A DNA stretch of 64,000 nucleotides from Acidobacteriota bacterium (lineage in GTDB: Bacteria > Acidobacteriota > UBA6911). Below the pieces are notes generated by a model. That model was not told the DNA's origin. It saw only the letters and a program-made list of their open reading frames with translations, and searched no databases. Each line of letters begins with the position of its first letter. Position 1 is the first letter of the stretch. A program made the translations under genes and the position numbers. The stretch is taken from assembly GCA_037444305.1 (NCBI GenBank), contig JBBIMP010000018.1:1-64000 (forward strand). The letters are read 5' to 3'. Positions 26,435 to 36,192 of this stretch are shown here, in pieces.

Positions 26435-27991
26435 CTACTGTCGGCCCGCAAGATGGAGGCGGCCGTGCAGGCGGATGGCGCCCTCTTCGTAATTCAGCTC
26501 GGCGGAAAACGCTCCCATTTCCTGAAGGGATCCGACTAGGGTGTCCAGCAGCAGGCGCAAGCGCGTGTCGGCCCGCTCCAGCGAGCGGGAGTGAACGAGT
26601 CTCGCGAGCTGCGGGCCGCCCGTGATCAGAGCGCCGTGCGTGCCGGGTGAATTGTAGCCAGCTGGGTGATGTTTCAATCCTTCCACCCAGTTTCTGGCTG
26701 CTCTGGCTGCGCCCACAGAAGTTCCCGCTATCAGGTGATCGTCCCCGATTTCGATCGTCAACACCTCAGCCCGGCCGGAGATTGACTCGAACGAGATTGT
26801 GAGAGTGCTGAGGCCGCCGCTCGATGCGATGCGGTATTGCGGCCTCAGCAGGCCGAAGCTGTCCAGCCAGGCCATTTCACGAAGCCACGCGAGTAAGTCG
26901 CTGAGTGTGGCGTCGAACACTGCGGTCTCGTGCAGTTCAAAAACAACGGCAAGTGCCCTCCCGCCTGAAGCCTCGTCAGGGGTGACCAGGAGCCAGGCAT
27001 GTTCGCCGAAGGCTCCGAAGAGGTCGCGTGAGAGGTCGCGCCGGTACCGCTGCTGAAACTCGTTCAGCCAGAAATCGAGATTGCGCAGCGGTCCCCGCGG
27101 ATCGTTGGCTGAGACATATTGCGCCCAAGGGAGCCAGGCTGCGGGCTCCGGCCGGAACGCCGCCGCCAGCAGCGCGCCGGCAGGCAAGCCCGGCGGCAGC
27201 GTCGACGACGCTGCTTCGGGGTCGAAAAGGCGGAACAGTGCCGGTGGCAGGCGGCCTTCGTCGTAGACAATGACCGCGTCGTCGATGATTTCGCCCCCCG
27301 ACAGTTCGCGCCGGAAGCCTGCGTACCGGACCGCGGCCATTTCGGCTGCCAGGATCGCCTCGAGCCAGTGCATGGGGGCTGAGGTCTCGCGCGACGCCTC
27401 ACGCGCCCAACCCGCCAGGGCCTGGGGATTGATCCAGCCCCGGACCAGTCCCCCCTCCGGCAGCCGGTTGTTTATTTCATCCATCGGAAGCACCCCGGTC
27501 AATCCCATGGAATCCTCCCTGGCGCAGGAGTCAAGGAAAGCCTCGTCACCCGCAGCCCCGACCCAGAGCGCTCCGCGGCCGAACCGGTAGGCGAGCCCGT
27601 CTGCGCGACGGAGAACAGCTTCCGCTTCAAACGGATCGGCGGGCTGCAGGATGGCGATGGGCGTGAGCGCCGGTCGGCGGCCGGCGCGCGCGAGGAAAAC
27701 CACCGCTTCCTCTCCAAGCAGGCGCGGCAGGTGATGGATCGAAATGCCTGCGCACTCGAGGACGGCGTCCTGCAGGCGCGCAATCGGATCAATGGCGCGG
27801 ATTTCATTCCAACGCAGGTCCAGGTCCCTCACCTGGAACGCCAGGATGGCCGAGGCCGGAACGAGGTCCAGCAGCGGCCTCGAGGCCGCGGCGGTGGCGG
27901 CGAGTGAGGATAGCCTCTCGGGGCGCCTGGTGGTGAGAGGAAGGCAGGCCGCGAGAATCAGCAGGCAGAAGCAAGTCGTTTCATGTTTCAC
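26435..27991 (-). CDS. Hypothetical secreted protein (518 aa)
   Basis: Signal peptide MKHETTCFCLLILAACLPLTT. No recognisable catalytic motif. Confidence 0.45.
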   Translation of the reverse strand: MKHETTCFCLLILAACLPLTTRRPERLSSLAATAAASRPLLDLVPASAILAFQVRDLDLRWNEIRAIDPIARLQDAVLECAGISIHHLPRLLGEEAVVFLARAGRRPALTPIAILQPADPFEAEAVLRRADGLAYRFGRGALWVGAAGDEAFLDSCAREDSMGLTGVLPMDEINNRLPEGGLVRGWINPQALAGWAREASRETSAPMHWLEAILAAEMAAVRYAGFRRELSGGEIIDDAVIVYDEGRLPPALFRLFDPEAASSTLPPGLPAGALLAAAFRPEPAAWLPWAQYVSANDPRGPLRNLDFWLNEFQQRYRRDLSRDLFGAFGEHAWLLVTPDEASGGRALAVVFELHETAVFDATLSDLLAWLREMAWLDSFGLLRPQYRIASSGGLSTLTISFESISGRAEVLTIEIGDDHLIAGTSVGAARAARNWVEGLKHHPAGYNSPGTHGALITGGPQLARLVHSRSLERADTRLRLLLDTLVGSLQEMGAFSAELNYEEGAIRLHGRLHLAGRQ

Positions 27992-28027
27992 CTCCTGGGA
28001 TTGGCCGGCGAACCCGCAGACGGCGGA

Positions 28028-29176
28028 TCAGCCGGAGACCGTCTCCCCGGGCTCGCCCGTTGAGACCGATTCCGGAGTGGCCGTCTTCCTGCCCGGCAGT
28101 TCGCGGCCGAAGGCAGTGAGGCCGCCTAGCGCCCCGAGACCCATGGTCTCGACGGCCGAGGACGGGACGATGATCATCGACCCTTTCTGCCGCAGCCCCT
28201 CGTAAACCATGTTCATCGCGCGCAGGTGCAGGGCAACCGGATTGTCCTTGTAGTGCTCCGAAGCGCGCGCAAACTTCTCGGCGATTTCGGTCTCCGCGGT
28301 GCCGAGAATGATCCGGCTCTGACGTTCGCGTTCCGCCTGGGCCTGCCGGCTCATCGCATCTTCGAGGTCCTTGGGGATGACGATGTCGCGTATTTCGACC
28401 GCCTGCGTGGTAATGCCCCAGTGGCTGGTCTTTTCGTCCAGCACCGCCTGCACCTCGTGTCCCAGCCGGTCCCGCTCGGAGAGCAGGTTGGCCAGATCGT
28501 TTTTGCCGATGGCATTGCGCAGCGCGGTCTGCGCAGAGAGGATCACGGCGGCTTCGAATTGCTCCACTTCGAGGACGGACTTCTGGGCATCCCAGACCAC
28601 CCAGAACGCGATCGCGTCCACGTTCACCGGCACCGTGTCGGAGGTAAGCGTCATTTCGGCGCTGAAGTCGTTCACGCGGATGCGCTGGTCGACGAAGCGG
28701 GCAACTTTGTCCACCACCGGAAGGATCAGGAACAGGCCCGGCTTGCGCAGCGCCTGGAAACGGCCGAACCGCAGGACGACGGCGCGCTCCCACTGGTAGG
28801 CGATCTGCACGGATCCCGACAGGAGCAGTGCCGCGATCGCCGTCCCGAGCAGGATTTCGCTTTCGGGCCGGAGCCTGAGATAGCCGAGCAGGCAGGCCCC
28901 GGTGCCCAGGATGACCATCGTCTCCCACACCTGAGTCACCCTGACGAGCACCGCGAGCAGCAGAGCCGAACCCAGAAACAGGATTACGGCGCGCGGGCTG
29001 TAAGCATAAAGGTTGAGATGCACGACCAGGCCGATCACGAAGACGCCGATCAGCAGGAGAGCGTTGACCGGGGCGAAGCGGAAATCGGCCTGGAAAGACA
29101 TGGCAAACCGGTCGAGGCCAAGCCCGGAGGAGAATTTTTCAATCCGGCCCGCCGTTTCTTTTGAGATGGGGCTCAT
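28028..29176 (-). CDS. SPFH/band-7 (stomatin/HflC-like) membrane protein
   Basis: N-terminal TM helices, then ..VVLRFGRFQALRKPGLFLILP..VDAIAFWVV..EIRDIVIP.. (SPFH domain), then a coiled-coil AMSRQAQAERERQSRIILG. Confidence 0.85.
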   Translation of the reverse strand: MSPISKETAGRIEKFSSGLGLDRFAMSFQADFRFAPVNALLLIGVFVIGLVVHLNLYAYSPRAVILFLGSALLLAVLVRVTQVWETMVILGTGACLLGYLRLRPESEILLGTAIAALLLSGSVQIAYQWERAVVLRFGRFQALRKPGLFLILPVVDKVARFVDQRIRVNDFSAEMTLTSDTVPVNVDAIAFWVVWDAQKSVLEVEQFEAAVILSAQTALRNAIGKNDLANLLSERDRLGHEVQAVLDEKTSHWGITTQAVEIRDIVIPKDLEDAMSRQAQAERERQSRIILGTAETEIAEKFARASEHYKDNPVALHLRAMNMVYEGLRQKGSMIIVPSSAVETMGLGALGGLTAFGRELPGRKTATPESVSTGEPGETVSG

Positions 29177-29487
29177 AGCGAACCATCCTTTCTTTGCTTC
29201 AGGCCAACCAGGACCTCATCCAGCGAAAAGCCGTAGGACGAGGCCCGGGCCAGCAGTTCGGTGAGAATCTGGTCCAGCATGCGCCGGCGTTCGAGTTGGT
29301 CGATTTCGGGCTTGCGCTGGCCGACGAAGGTGCCCGATCCCTGGTGGGTGTCAAGCACGCCTTCGATCTCGAGTTCGCGGTAGGCGCGGATCAATCCTCT
29401 ATGGTGAAACCGACCTTGATCGTCACCTGCCAGTAGGCGACCTTGCCGTCCTGGATGTGCCCCCTGGTTTCCACCACCTGGAACCAC
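29173..29487 (-). CDS. Small GntR-like winged-HTH regulator (start uncertain)
   Basis: ..[24 protein letters not shown].. matches the GntR HTH recognition helix plus wing. Its stop overlaps the SPFH start. The N-terminal 30 aa of the listed ORF overlap the dodecin gene, so the true start is probably internal. Confidence 0.4.
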   Translation of the reverse strand: MVPGGGNQGAHPGRQGRLLAGDDQGRFHHRGLIRAYRELEIEGVLDTHQGSGTFVGQRKPEIDQLERRRMLDQILTELLARASSYGFSLDEVLVGLKQRKDGSL

Positions 29488-29600
29488 CGCATGTTCCTGA
29501 CCGTTTTCGCGGCGCGGTTGAGGGCGTTCTGAATGGCGTCCTCGATCGTGGTCGTGGAGGACCCGGTCAGCTCGATCAGCTTGTAAACGTGTTCAGACAT
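29391..29600 (-). CDS. Dodecin-family flavin-binding protein
   Basis: 69 aa, [69 protein letters not shown], closely resembling characterised dodecins. A GGAGAGG RBS is present. Confidence 0.8.
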   Translation of the reverse strand: MSEHVYKLIELTGSSTTTIEDAIQNALNRAAKTVRNMRWFQVVETRGHIQDGKVAYWQVTIKVGFTIED

Positions 29601-29723
29601 CTGCCTCTCCTTTGGGGTAAGTGAGCTTGAACAAAACAATTCTGTACCATTGCGCAACAGGGAAAATAGCGGCCGAAAATGCATTTGTGCTATATTCGGG
29701 CACGATACAGGACCCGCGCGACA

Positions 29724-30269
29724 ATGGCCACATTCGACGAAGAGGACCTCAGGGTATCCAGGGTCATGCCCCTCGTGTACGACGAGTTGCGCAGGCTCGC
29801 CCGCCGTTACATGGCGAGGGAGAGGATCGGGCACTCCCTGCAGGCGACGGCGCTCGTCAACGAAGCCTACCTCAAACTCGCAAAGGAAAGAAATCCCGTC
29901 TGGAAGAACCGGGCGCACTTCTGCGCCATCGCGGCAGCATCCATGCGCGAGATCCTGGTGGATCGCGCCCGCGCCCACAAGGCGTCCAAGAGAGGCGGAT
30001 CGCGGGTGCGCGTGACGCTGGGAGACGCCGTCGCCGTCACGGCCGAGGCCGACGTCGACGTACTGGTGCTGGATGAGGCGCTGCGGCGGCTTGCGGGAGT
30101 CGATCCCCAGCAGGCGCGGATCGTGGAACTGCGCTTTTTCGGCGGATTGACCGTGGAAGAGGCGGCCGCCGCGATGGGGATCTCCACGGCGACCGTGAAG
30201 CGCGGCTGGGCCATGGCCAGGGCTTGGCTCAAGGGAGAAATGGAAAGGGAGGGCGGCGATGGACCCTGA
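29724..30269 (+). CDS. ECF-type RNA polymerase sigma factor (Ser/Thr-kinase-associated subgroup)
   Basis: Sigma region 2, ..[31 protein letters not shown].., and region 4, ..[37 protein letters not shown]. Overlaps the downstream kinase gene. Confidence 0.85.
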   Translation: MATFDEEDLRVSRVMPLVYDELRRLARRYMARERIGHSLQATALVNEAYLKLAKERNPVWKNRAHFCAIAAASMREILVDRARAHKASKRGGSRVRVTLGDAVAVTAEADVDVLVLDEALRRLAGVDPQQARIVELRFFGGLTVEEAAAAMGISTATVKRGWAMARAWLKGEMEREGGDGP

Positions 30270-31827
30270 ACGCTGGCGCCGCCTGAAGGAACTGTTCGAA
30301 GGAGCCCTGGCGCTGGACCCTGCGGAACGCGACGAATACCTCGAACGGCGGTGTTCGGGCGACGCGGCGCTGAGGAGGGAGGCGGGGGCGCTGCTGGCCA
30401 ACTACGAGAGCGGGGACGACTTTCTCGAGCGCCCGGCCCACGAGGCGGCCGCGCACCTGTTCGAAGAAAAAGGGGAGGGCGGGGTATGCGTGGGGGAGCG
30501 CCTCGGTCCCTACGCTCTCAAGGGCAAGCTGGGCGAGGGGGGCATGGGCGTCGTCTATCTGGCGGAAGACACTCGCCTGGGACGAGAGGTCGCCCTGAAG
30601 GTTCTGCCGCCGCGCCTGGCGAGCGACGAGCGCTTCCGGGCGCGCCTGCGGCGCGAGGCGCTGGCCGTCGCCAGCCTCTCGCACCCCGGAATTGCCACCC
30701 TTTTCGCGCTGGAAGAAATCGAGGGAAGCCTCTGCCTGGTGCGCGAGTATGTGCACGGCCGAACCCTCCGGGAAGAGCTGTCCTCGGGGCCGTTGCCGCC
30801 GGGGGCGCTTCTCGAGTGCGCCGTGCGCATTGTCCGGGCGCTTGCAGCGGCGCACGCCCAGGGGATCATCCACCGGGATCTCAAGCCCGAGAACGTGATC
30901 CGGACGGATTCCGGGGAGACGAAGATCCTCGACTTCGGCCTCGCGAGGTTTCAAGGTGCGCAGCGGTTGCGCGACAGCCTGTCAGAACCCCGGTTGACGA
31001 AGAGCGGGGCCTTTGTCGGGACCCCGGCGTACGCCTCTCCGGAGCAACTGCTCGGCAGCGGGGTGGATTTCCGCACCGACATTTTCTCCCTCGGCGTGCT
31101 GCTGTTCGAGCTCGCATCGGGAGTGCATCCCTTCGCCGCACCCGACCCCATTTCCTCCATCGCCCGCATATTCGAGGCGGACAGCGTGGACCTGTCCCCG
31201 GTCGATTCAGGCGGCCCTCCCGGCCTGGGCCGGATCCTCCGGCGGTGCCTGCACAAAGACCCGGCACGTCGCTACGGCAGCACCGGGGAACTGGCGGCGG
31301 ACCTGGAGGCCTTGCGGGCCGCCTTCAAAGGGTCGCGAACCGCGGAGCCCGGCGAGATGGAGACCGGCGGGCCCGGAAGCAATGCCGCACGGCTGAAGCC
31401 GCTCTGGTGGTGGCGGTTTCACCAGGCCGCCGTCGGCATCATCTACTATGGGATGCTCTACCCGCTGTGGAAGGCGAGGGAGTGGATGGGCAGCCCCATG
31501 GGGGATTGGCTATTTTTCGCCGCTCTGATCGCCGTGGCGGTGGCCTCCAACCTGCGCTTTCACCTCTGGTTCACCTCCGTCTTTTACCCGGCCGAGCTCC
31601 AGGGACAGCTGCGCCGGTCTTTTCGCTGGATCCGCGGCGCAGACGTTGCGTTTGTGTTCCTCCTGGCTGCCGGGGGGGCGGCGATTCTGCGTACGCGGGG
31701 CGCCGTGGCGGCCCTGCTGATCGCCGTGGCCATCGGCTGCCTGGTGCAGTGCACGCTGATTGAACCGACCACTACCAGGGCCGCGTTCGCGCCGGAGAAG
31801 GATGACGGGGTCAATCGGGCCGTGTGA
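30259..31827 (+). CDS. Ser/Thr protein kinase with a C-terminal multi-TM domain (probable anti-sigma/partner of the ECF sigma)
   Basis: [28 protein letters not shown] (glycine-rich loop and VAIK-like Lys), HRDLKPENV (catalytic loop), [15 protein letters not shown], followed by four hydrophobic helices. The N-terminus has the region shared with kinase-linked ECF systems. Confidence 0.9.
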   Translation: MDPERWRRLKELFEGALALDPAERDEYLERRCSGDAALRREAGALLANYESGDDFLERPAHEAAAHLFEEKGEGGVCVGERLGPYALKGKLGEGGMGVVYLAEDTRLGREVALKVLPPRLASDERFRARLRREALAVASLSHPGIATLFALEEIEGSLCLVREYVHGRTLREELSSGPLPPGALLECAVRIVRALAAAHAQGIIHRDLKPENVIRTDSGETKILDFGLARFQGAQRLRDSLSEPRLTKSGAFVGTPAYASPEQLLGSGVDFRTDIFSLGVLLFELASGVHPFAAPDPISSIARIFEADSVDLSPVDSGGPPGLGRILRRCLHKDPARRYGSTGELAADLEALRAAFKGSRTAEPGEMETGGPGSNAARLKPLWWWRFHQAAVGIIYYGMLYPLWKAREWMGSPMGDWLFFAALIAVAVASNLRFHLWFTSVFYPAELQGQLRRSFRWIRGADVAFVFLLAAGGAAILRTRGAVAALLIAVAIGCLVQCTLIEPTTTRAAFAPEKDDGVNRAV

Positions 31828-33109
31828 CCGCCGCGAGAGCTCTGACGGCTGAACCCGCCGCATGCCGGTCCCTCATGACCCCGAGTGTCCGCTGCATCGA
31901 CTCGCGGGCGACTCCGTCGATCAGCGGCCGGATCATCAACGAAAGCACCGGTGGAATGCCGCGGCTGAGCGTGAGAGACTCGCACTCGACGATGACGCCG
32001 CCCCGCACCTGCTCGTAGCGCCAGTAGCTGTTCAACCGCCAGAGAAAGCCGCGATCGTTTCCGACCGGCTTCTCGCGTTCTTCTCCCGGGTTCGCACTCT
32101 CCAGTTCCGCTATCCGCCGGGATTCGCTGCTGCTGAAAGCGCGGGCGTCGCCGTGCTTTTCGTAGCGCACCACGTGCTCGGAGTTGTACGCCACCGTCAC
32201 GATCTTTTTGCGCTCCAGCCTGAGGTAGAGCACATGAAAACCGGGTCCGCGCTCCAGGACCGCCGATTCCAGGACATCCTCCTGCTTCGTGTCCTCCGGT
32301 GCCGGGTTTGCGATGCGGGCCAGCAGGTCCTCGAGCCGCACCCCGGGTATCAGGACGCTCCCCCGCCAGTGGTGAATCGCACCGCCGGGAATGTCGATCC
32401 GCCTCCCCTCGGCGTCGAGCGAACAAATTTTGGCGACCGGGATGCTGCCCTCGAGGACAGCGTTGCGTTCGGCTGCGGGGCGACTGCCCTCCAGGAAATC
32501 CATGGCGAGGAATCCTTGGGGCGCCGCAAGCTCCGCCAGAATGCGCCGCTGTGTGGCCTCGACGTAGGCTTTCCAGGCCTGGATGGTCTCCTGCCGGAGT
32601 TGAGCCGCCTCCAGGCGGCCGCCGCCCCAGAGGACGAGCAGGATGGGCAGGATGCCCGGAATCTTTGAAAACCAGCGGTTTTTCATGATGCCTCCTTTCA
32701 ATGCCGGATCTGCGGACCTTTGGGCGAATACCAGCAGGTCGCCGGCGAAGAAGTTCACGAGGGAGCAGACGCCGATCGCGAGCAGGTTGGCCGGAACGGG
32801 CGGCAGCCCGAGGTCACCCGCGAGCACCCGCATCAGAAAGAGGTTTCCGACAAGCGAGATGGCGCCGTTGGCAAGGTTGAATGCGAAGAAGCGCTTCAGC
32901 ATTGCCCCCGGTGCACTGCCCCGCGTCCGGTCAGCCCAGGTCCAGCGCTCGTGCCAGAGAAAGTTGTGCACGACGGCAATCTCGACCGCGAGAGCCGTGG
33001 CGGGCATGTAGTGCAGGGCCAACCCCGCCGTCAGCAGCCAGAGGACCGAAAGCTGCACCATGATGCCCAGGGCGCCCACGGAGTTGAATGCCAGCCAGCG
33101 TCTGAACAT
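31811..33109 (-). CDS. GtrA-family membrane protein, fused to or followed in-frame by a secreted domain of unknown function
   Basis: N-terminal 140 aa: MFRRWLAFNSVGALGIMVQLSVLWLL..VVHNFLWHERWTW.. (GtrA). An internal M (MKNRWFSKIPGILPILLVLW) could start a separate 290-aa secreted protein. No stop lies between them. Confidence 0.55.
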   Translation of the reverse strand: MFRRWLAFNSVGALGIMVQLSVLWLLTAGLALHYMPATALAVEIAVVHNFLWHERWTWADRTRGSAPGAMLKRFFAFNLANGAISLVGNLFLMRVLAGDLGLPPVPANLLAIGVCSLVNFFAGDLLVFAQRSADPALKGGIMKNRWFSKIPGILPILLVLWGGGRLEAAQLRQETIQAWKAYVEATQRRILAELAAPQGFLAMDFLEGSRPAAERNAVLEGSIPVAKICSLDAEGRRIDIPGGAIHHWRGSVLIPGVRLEDLLARIANPAPEDTKQEDVLESAVLERGPGFHVLYLRLERKKIVTVAYNSEHVVRYEKHGDARAFSSSESRRIAELESANPGEEREKPVGNDRGFLWRLNSYWRYEQVRGGVIVECESLTLSRGIPPVLSLMIRPLIDGVARESMQRTLGVMRDRHAAGSAVRALAAVTRPD

Positions 33110-33152
33110 GTCGGCTCCTCCTTTGCCGGCGCCGCGAGGCCCGGCCGGCGAT

Positions 33153-33833
33153 TCAGTCGGGAAGCGTCTCCGTCTTGTACAGCGCGCGCGTATTTCGGGC
33201 CGCGGAGACGACGAAGGTGACCGCCAGACCGGCGATGGCGACGAGTCCGCCGATGTCGAACAGGCGGTAGGGGCCGCTGCCGAAAACCAGGACCTCAGGC
33301 CTGTAGAGCAGGCAGAGCGAACCGGCCGCCAGGATGATCCGCAGCTCCGTGGGCCCCACGTGGAGGAAAGCCAGGCGGAAGATTCCCAGGGAATGTGTCG
33401 CGAGGTAAACCTCGCCGGAGACCATCAGGTAGGCCGAGAGCAGTCCCAGGGCGATCGCCGGGTTCATGAAGCCGGAAAGCGCGAGGCCCCCCAGGATGAA
33501 CAGCGTGCCGGCCATGTCAATCACGTGGTCGACGTACCAGCCGTACCGGGGGCGCTGGCGGTTGCGCACGCGCGCCAGCGTCCCGTCCAGGCTGTCACCG
33601 AACCAGTTGAGCGCCAGCGCTGCGACGGCCAGGACGAGCGCGTAGCGGTTCCACCGGGCGGCCCAGTAGGCGGCGCCGGCCAGGGCCATCGCTGCCAGCC
33701 CGAGCAGTGTAAGGTGGTCGGAGTTTACCCAGGGCGGCAGCCGCCGCGCCATCCGGATCAGCGCCCGCTTTTCCGCGGCCGCAAGCACGCTGCTGTGTTC
33801 GCGTATGTGTATCGCATGGGATTCGGTGGCCAT
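33153..33833 (-). CDS. CDP-alcohol phosphatidyltransferase family protein
   Basis: ..NWFGDSLDGTLARV..(D-G-x2-A-R)..G..D.. motif and multiple TM helices. Confidence 0.8.
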   Translation of the reverse strand: MATESHAIHIREHSSVLAAAEKRALIRMARRLPPWVNSDHLTLLGLAAMALAGAAYWAARWNRYALVLAVAALALNWFGDSLDGTLARVRNRQRPRYGWYVDHVIDMAGTLFILGGLALSGFMNPAIALGLLSAYLMVSGEVYLATHSLGIFRLAFLHVGPTELRIILAAGSLCLLYRPEVLVFGSGPYRLFDIGGLVAIAGLAVTFVVSAARNTRALYKTETLPD

Positions 33834-34018
33834 GATCTTTTTCCTCCTGCAGGGGAAAAGCCCCTCAACCTGGAATGCGCAGAAGGGGACAAGAAGGGAT
33901 CGCGCTTTTTCGCTTGGCGGGATTTCTGTTTGCCCGTAGACTCCGGATCTTGTCGGATTATTGAACCTTCCGCCCTGTCCGGCACGGCGGCACCTGCCGG
34001 ACTGCCGGTCCTGCAGAG

Positions 34019-35374
34019 GTGATGGCGATGCTCGAGCAATTCATTCAGTGGCACGGCACGGTGAACAGCTGGGTCTGGGGGCCATACACCATGACCCTGC
34101 TCATGGGTACGGGACTCTACCTCACGGTCCGCAGCCGGGCGGTGCAGCTGCGGCTGCTGGCGCGTGCGTTCCGCGAGGTGCTGGGAAACATTTTTCGCAA
34201 GTCGGCGGGCACAGGCACCGTTACCCCCTTCCAGGCGGTGTCCACAGCACTCGCCTCGACGGTGGGCGTGGGCAACATCGCCGGGGTTTCCACCGCAATC
34301 ACCATCGGCGGGCCGGGCGCGCTCTTCTGGCTGATGGTCTCCGGCCTGCTCGGGATGGCCACGAAGTTCAGCGAGGTGGTGATCGCGCTCTCCTACCGGG
34401 AACAGGACGGCGGCGGCACCTACCGGGGCGGCGCCATGTACATCCTCAAGAAAGGGCTGAAGCTGCCGTGGCTCGGCGCGATCTTCGCTCTGCTGACGGC
34501 GCTGGCGGCATTCGGCATCGGCAACATGGTGCAGGCCAACAGCGTGGCCGACTCGCTGCGCGCAACTTTCGGGATCGACAACCGCCTCAGCGGGATTGTG
34601 CTGGTCGTGCTGACGGCAATTGTCATTCTGGGCGGGATCCGCAGGATCGCCGAGGTGACGCAGATTCTCGTCCCTTTCATGTGTCTCTCCTACCTGCTCG
34701 GGGCCGTCTTCATCCTGATCCGTTTTTATGAGGGAATCCCCGGGGCGATCGCTCTTGTGTTCAACTCCGCCTTCACGGGCCACGCGGCCGCCGGAGGATT
34801 CGCCGGTGCGACGATCATGCAGGCGATGCGCTATGGAGTCGCGAGAGGCCTGTTCAGCAACGAGGCCGGGCTCGGGAGCGCGCCGATCGTGCACGCGGCC
34901 GCGCGCACCGACCACCCCGTGCGCCAGGGCTTCTACGGCGTCTTCGAGGTCTTCGTCGACACCATGCTGGTCTGCGCCACGACCGGGCTCGTGGTCCTGC
35001 TTACGGGCGAGTGGATGAAGGGGGAAACGGGCGCGGCGCTGGCGGCCAAGGCTTTTGAAATGGGTTTGCCCGGCGTCTGGGGCGACGTGGTCGTCACCAC
35101 GGGGATCCTGGCATTTGCCTTCTCCACTATCCTCGGCTGGTCGTATTACGGGGAGACGGGAGCGACCTACCTGTTCGGCACGAGGATCATTCTGCCCTAC
35201 CGGCTGGTCTGGCTGGTTTTTGTATACCTGGGCGCCGTCGGCTCGCTCCACCTGGTCTGGGATGTGGCCGACACACTGAACGGGTTGATGGCCATCCCGA
35301 ACCTGGTGGCGATCCTGGGGTGCAGCGGCATCGTGGTCAAGGCTCTACGGGATTTCAAAGCGCGGCAGCTGTAG
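34019..35374 (+). CDS. Alanine/glycine:cation symporter (AGCS family)
   Basis: 451 aa with 11 or more TM segments. ..[33 protein letters not shown].. is typical of the AGCS/AlsT family. Confidence 0.85.
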   Translation: [451 protein letters not shown]

Positions 35375-35423
35375 CCCGGATGTTTCATGAATAATGCAGG
35401 CAGGGCTGCGGCGGCGATCGGTC

Positions 35424-36104
35424 TCAGGGTTCAAAGCGGAGCAGGCCGAAGCGCTCCGGGACGTGGAAATCGGGGAGCGGGGTGAAAGTCGGCTGCCAAG
35501 CGAGATAGCCGCGATCGGCGCCCGAACCGACGCAGCGGAAGAGATTGGCGCGCCAGCGCTCCCCGGGGGACGGGGATTTCCCGAGCGCCGCGAACGGGAT
35601 CCGCATCGCGATCACGACCAGGTCTTCCGCAACACGCGCGGCCGCGGTCATGCCGCCGGCAAACTCCCAATCGGTAGCGCGGTCCTGGTCCGGCCGGCGG
35701 GAATCGAGGCGGATGGATAGGTCGAGCCATTCCCCCGTGGGTGCGGCTTCGAACTCAAAGTAACGGGTGACGGGAGCGTCGTCGGGCGAGAGGAAGATTT
35801 CGCAGACGTCCCGTTCCCAAAGGCCGATCGTTTTGCGGGCTGTCTGCGGCGCCCGGGAGACAATCAGCGGCTCGTTCTGACGGCAAACGAAGCGCACCAG
35901 CAGCGAATCCGGCGTCCAGATGACCCGAGCCTCGGCATGGCGGCTTGCCGGCGCTTCCCGGCCCGACCAGTAGCGGGCGATGGCGACGGGGGTCGAAGTC
36001 TTCCAGGCAGCGTGATCCAGATCCGAGGCAGAGATCCGACGGCTCACGCGTCGAGCCCGGATGATTTCTGCCCTATCCTCGGTCATGATCATGGCAACCC
36101 GCAT
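35424..36104 (-). CDS. Hypothetical protein, possibly a CBM9/DOMON-like beta-sandwich
   Basis: Trp/Arg pattern ..AAWKTSTPVAIARYWSG...VIWTPDSLLVRF..WERDVCEIFLSP..YFEFEAAPTGEWLDLSIRL. The assignment is weak. Confidence 0.3.
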   Translation of the reverse strand: MRVAMIMTEDRAEIIRARRVSRRISASDLDHAAWKTSTPVAIARYWSGREAPASRHAEARVIWTPDSLLVRFVCRQNEPLIVSRAPQTARKTIGLWERDVCEIFLSPDDAPVTRYFEFEAAPTGEWLDLSIRLDSRRPDQDRATDWEFAGGMTAAARVAEDLVVIAMRIPFAALGKSPSPGERWRANLFRCVGSGADRGYLAWQPTFTPLPDFHVPERFGLLRFEP

Positions 36105-36192
36105 CCCGGCCTGCCCTATATATTGGCCGATGACTGAAAGAGCGTATTATAGTGGGAATCGAGAGCGGCACGATCGATTCGAGAACAAGGAC

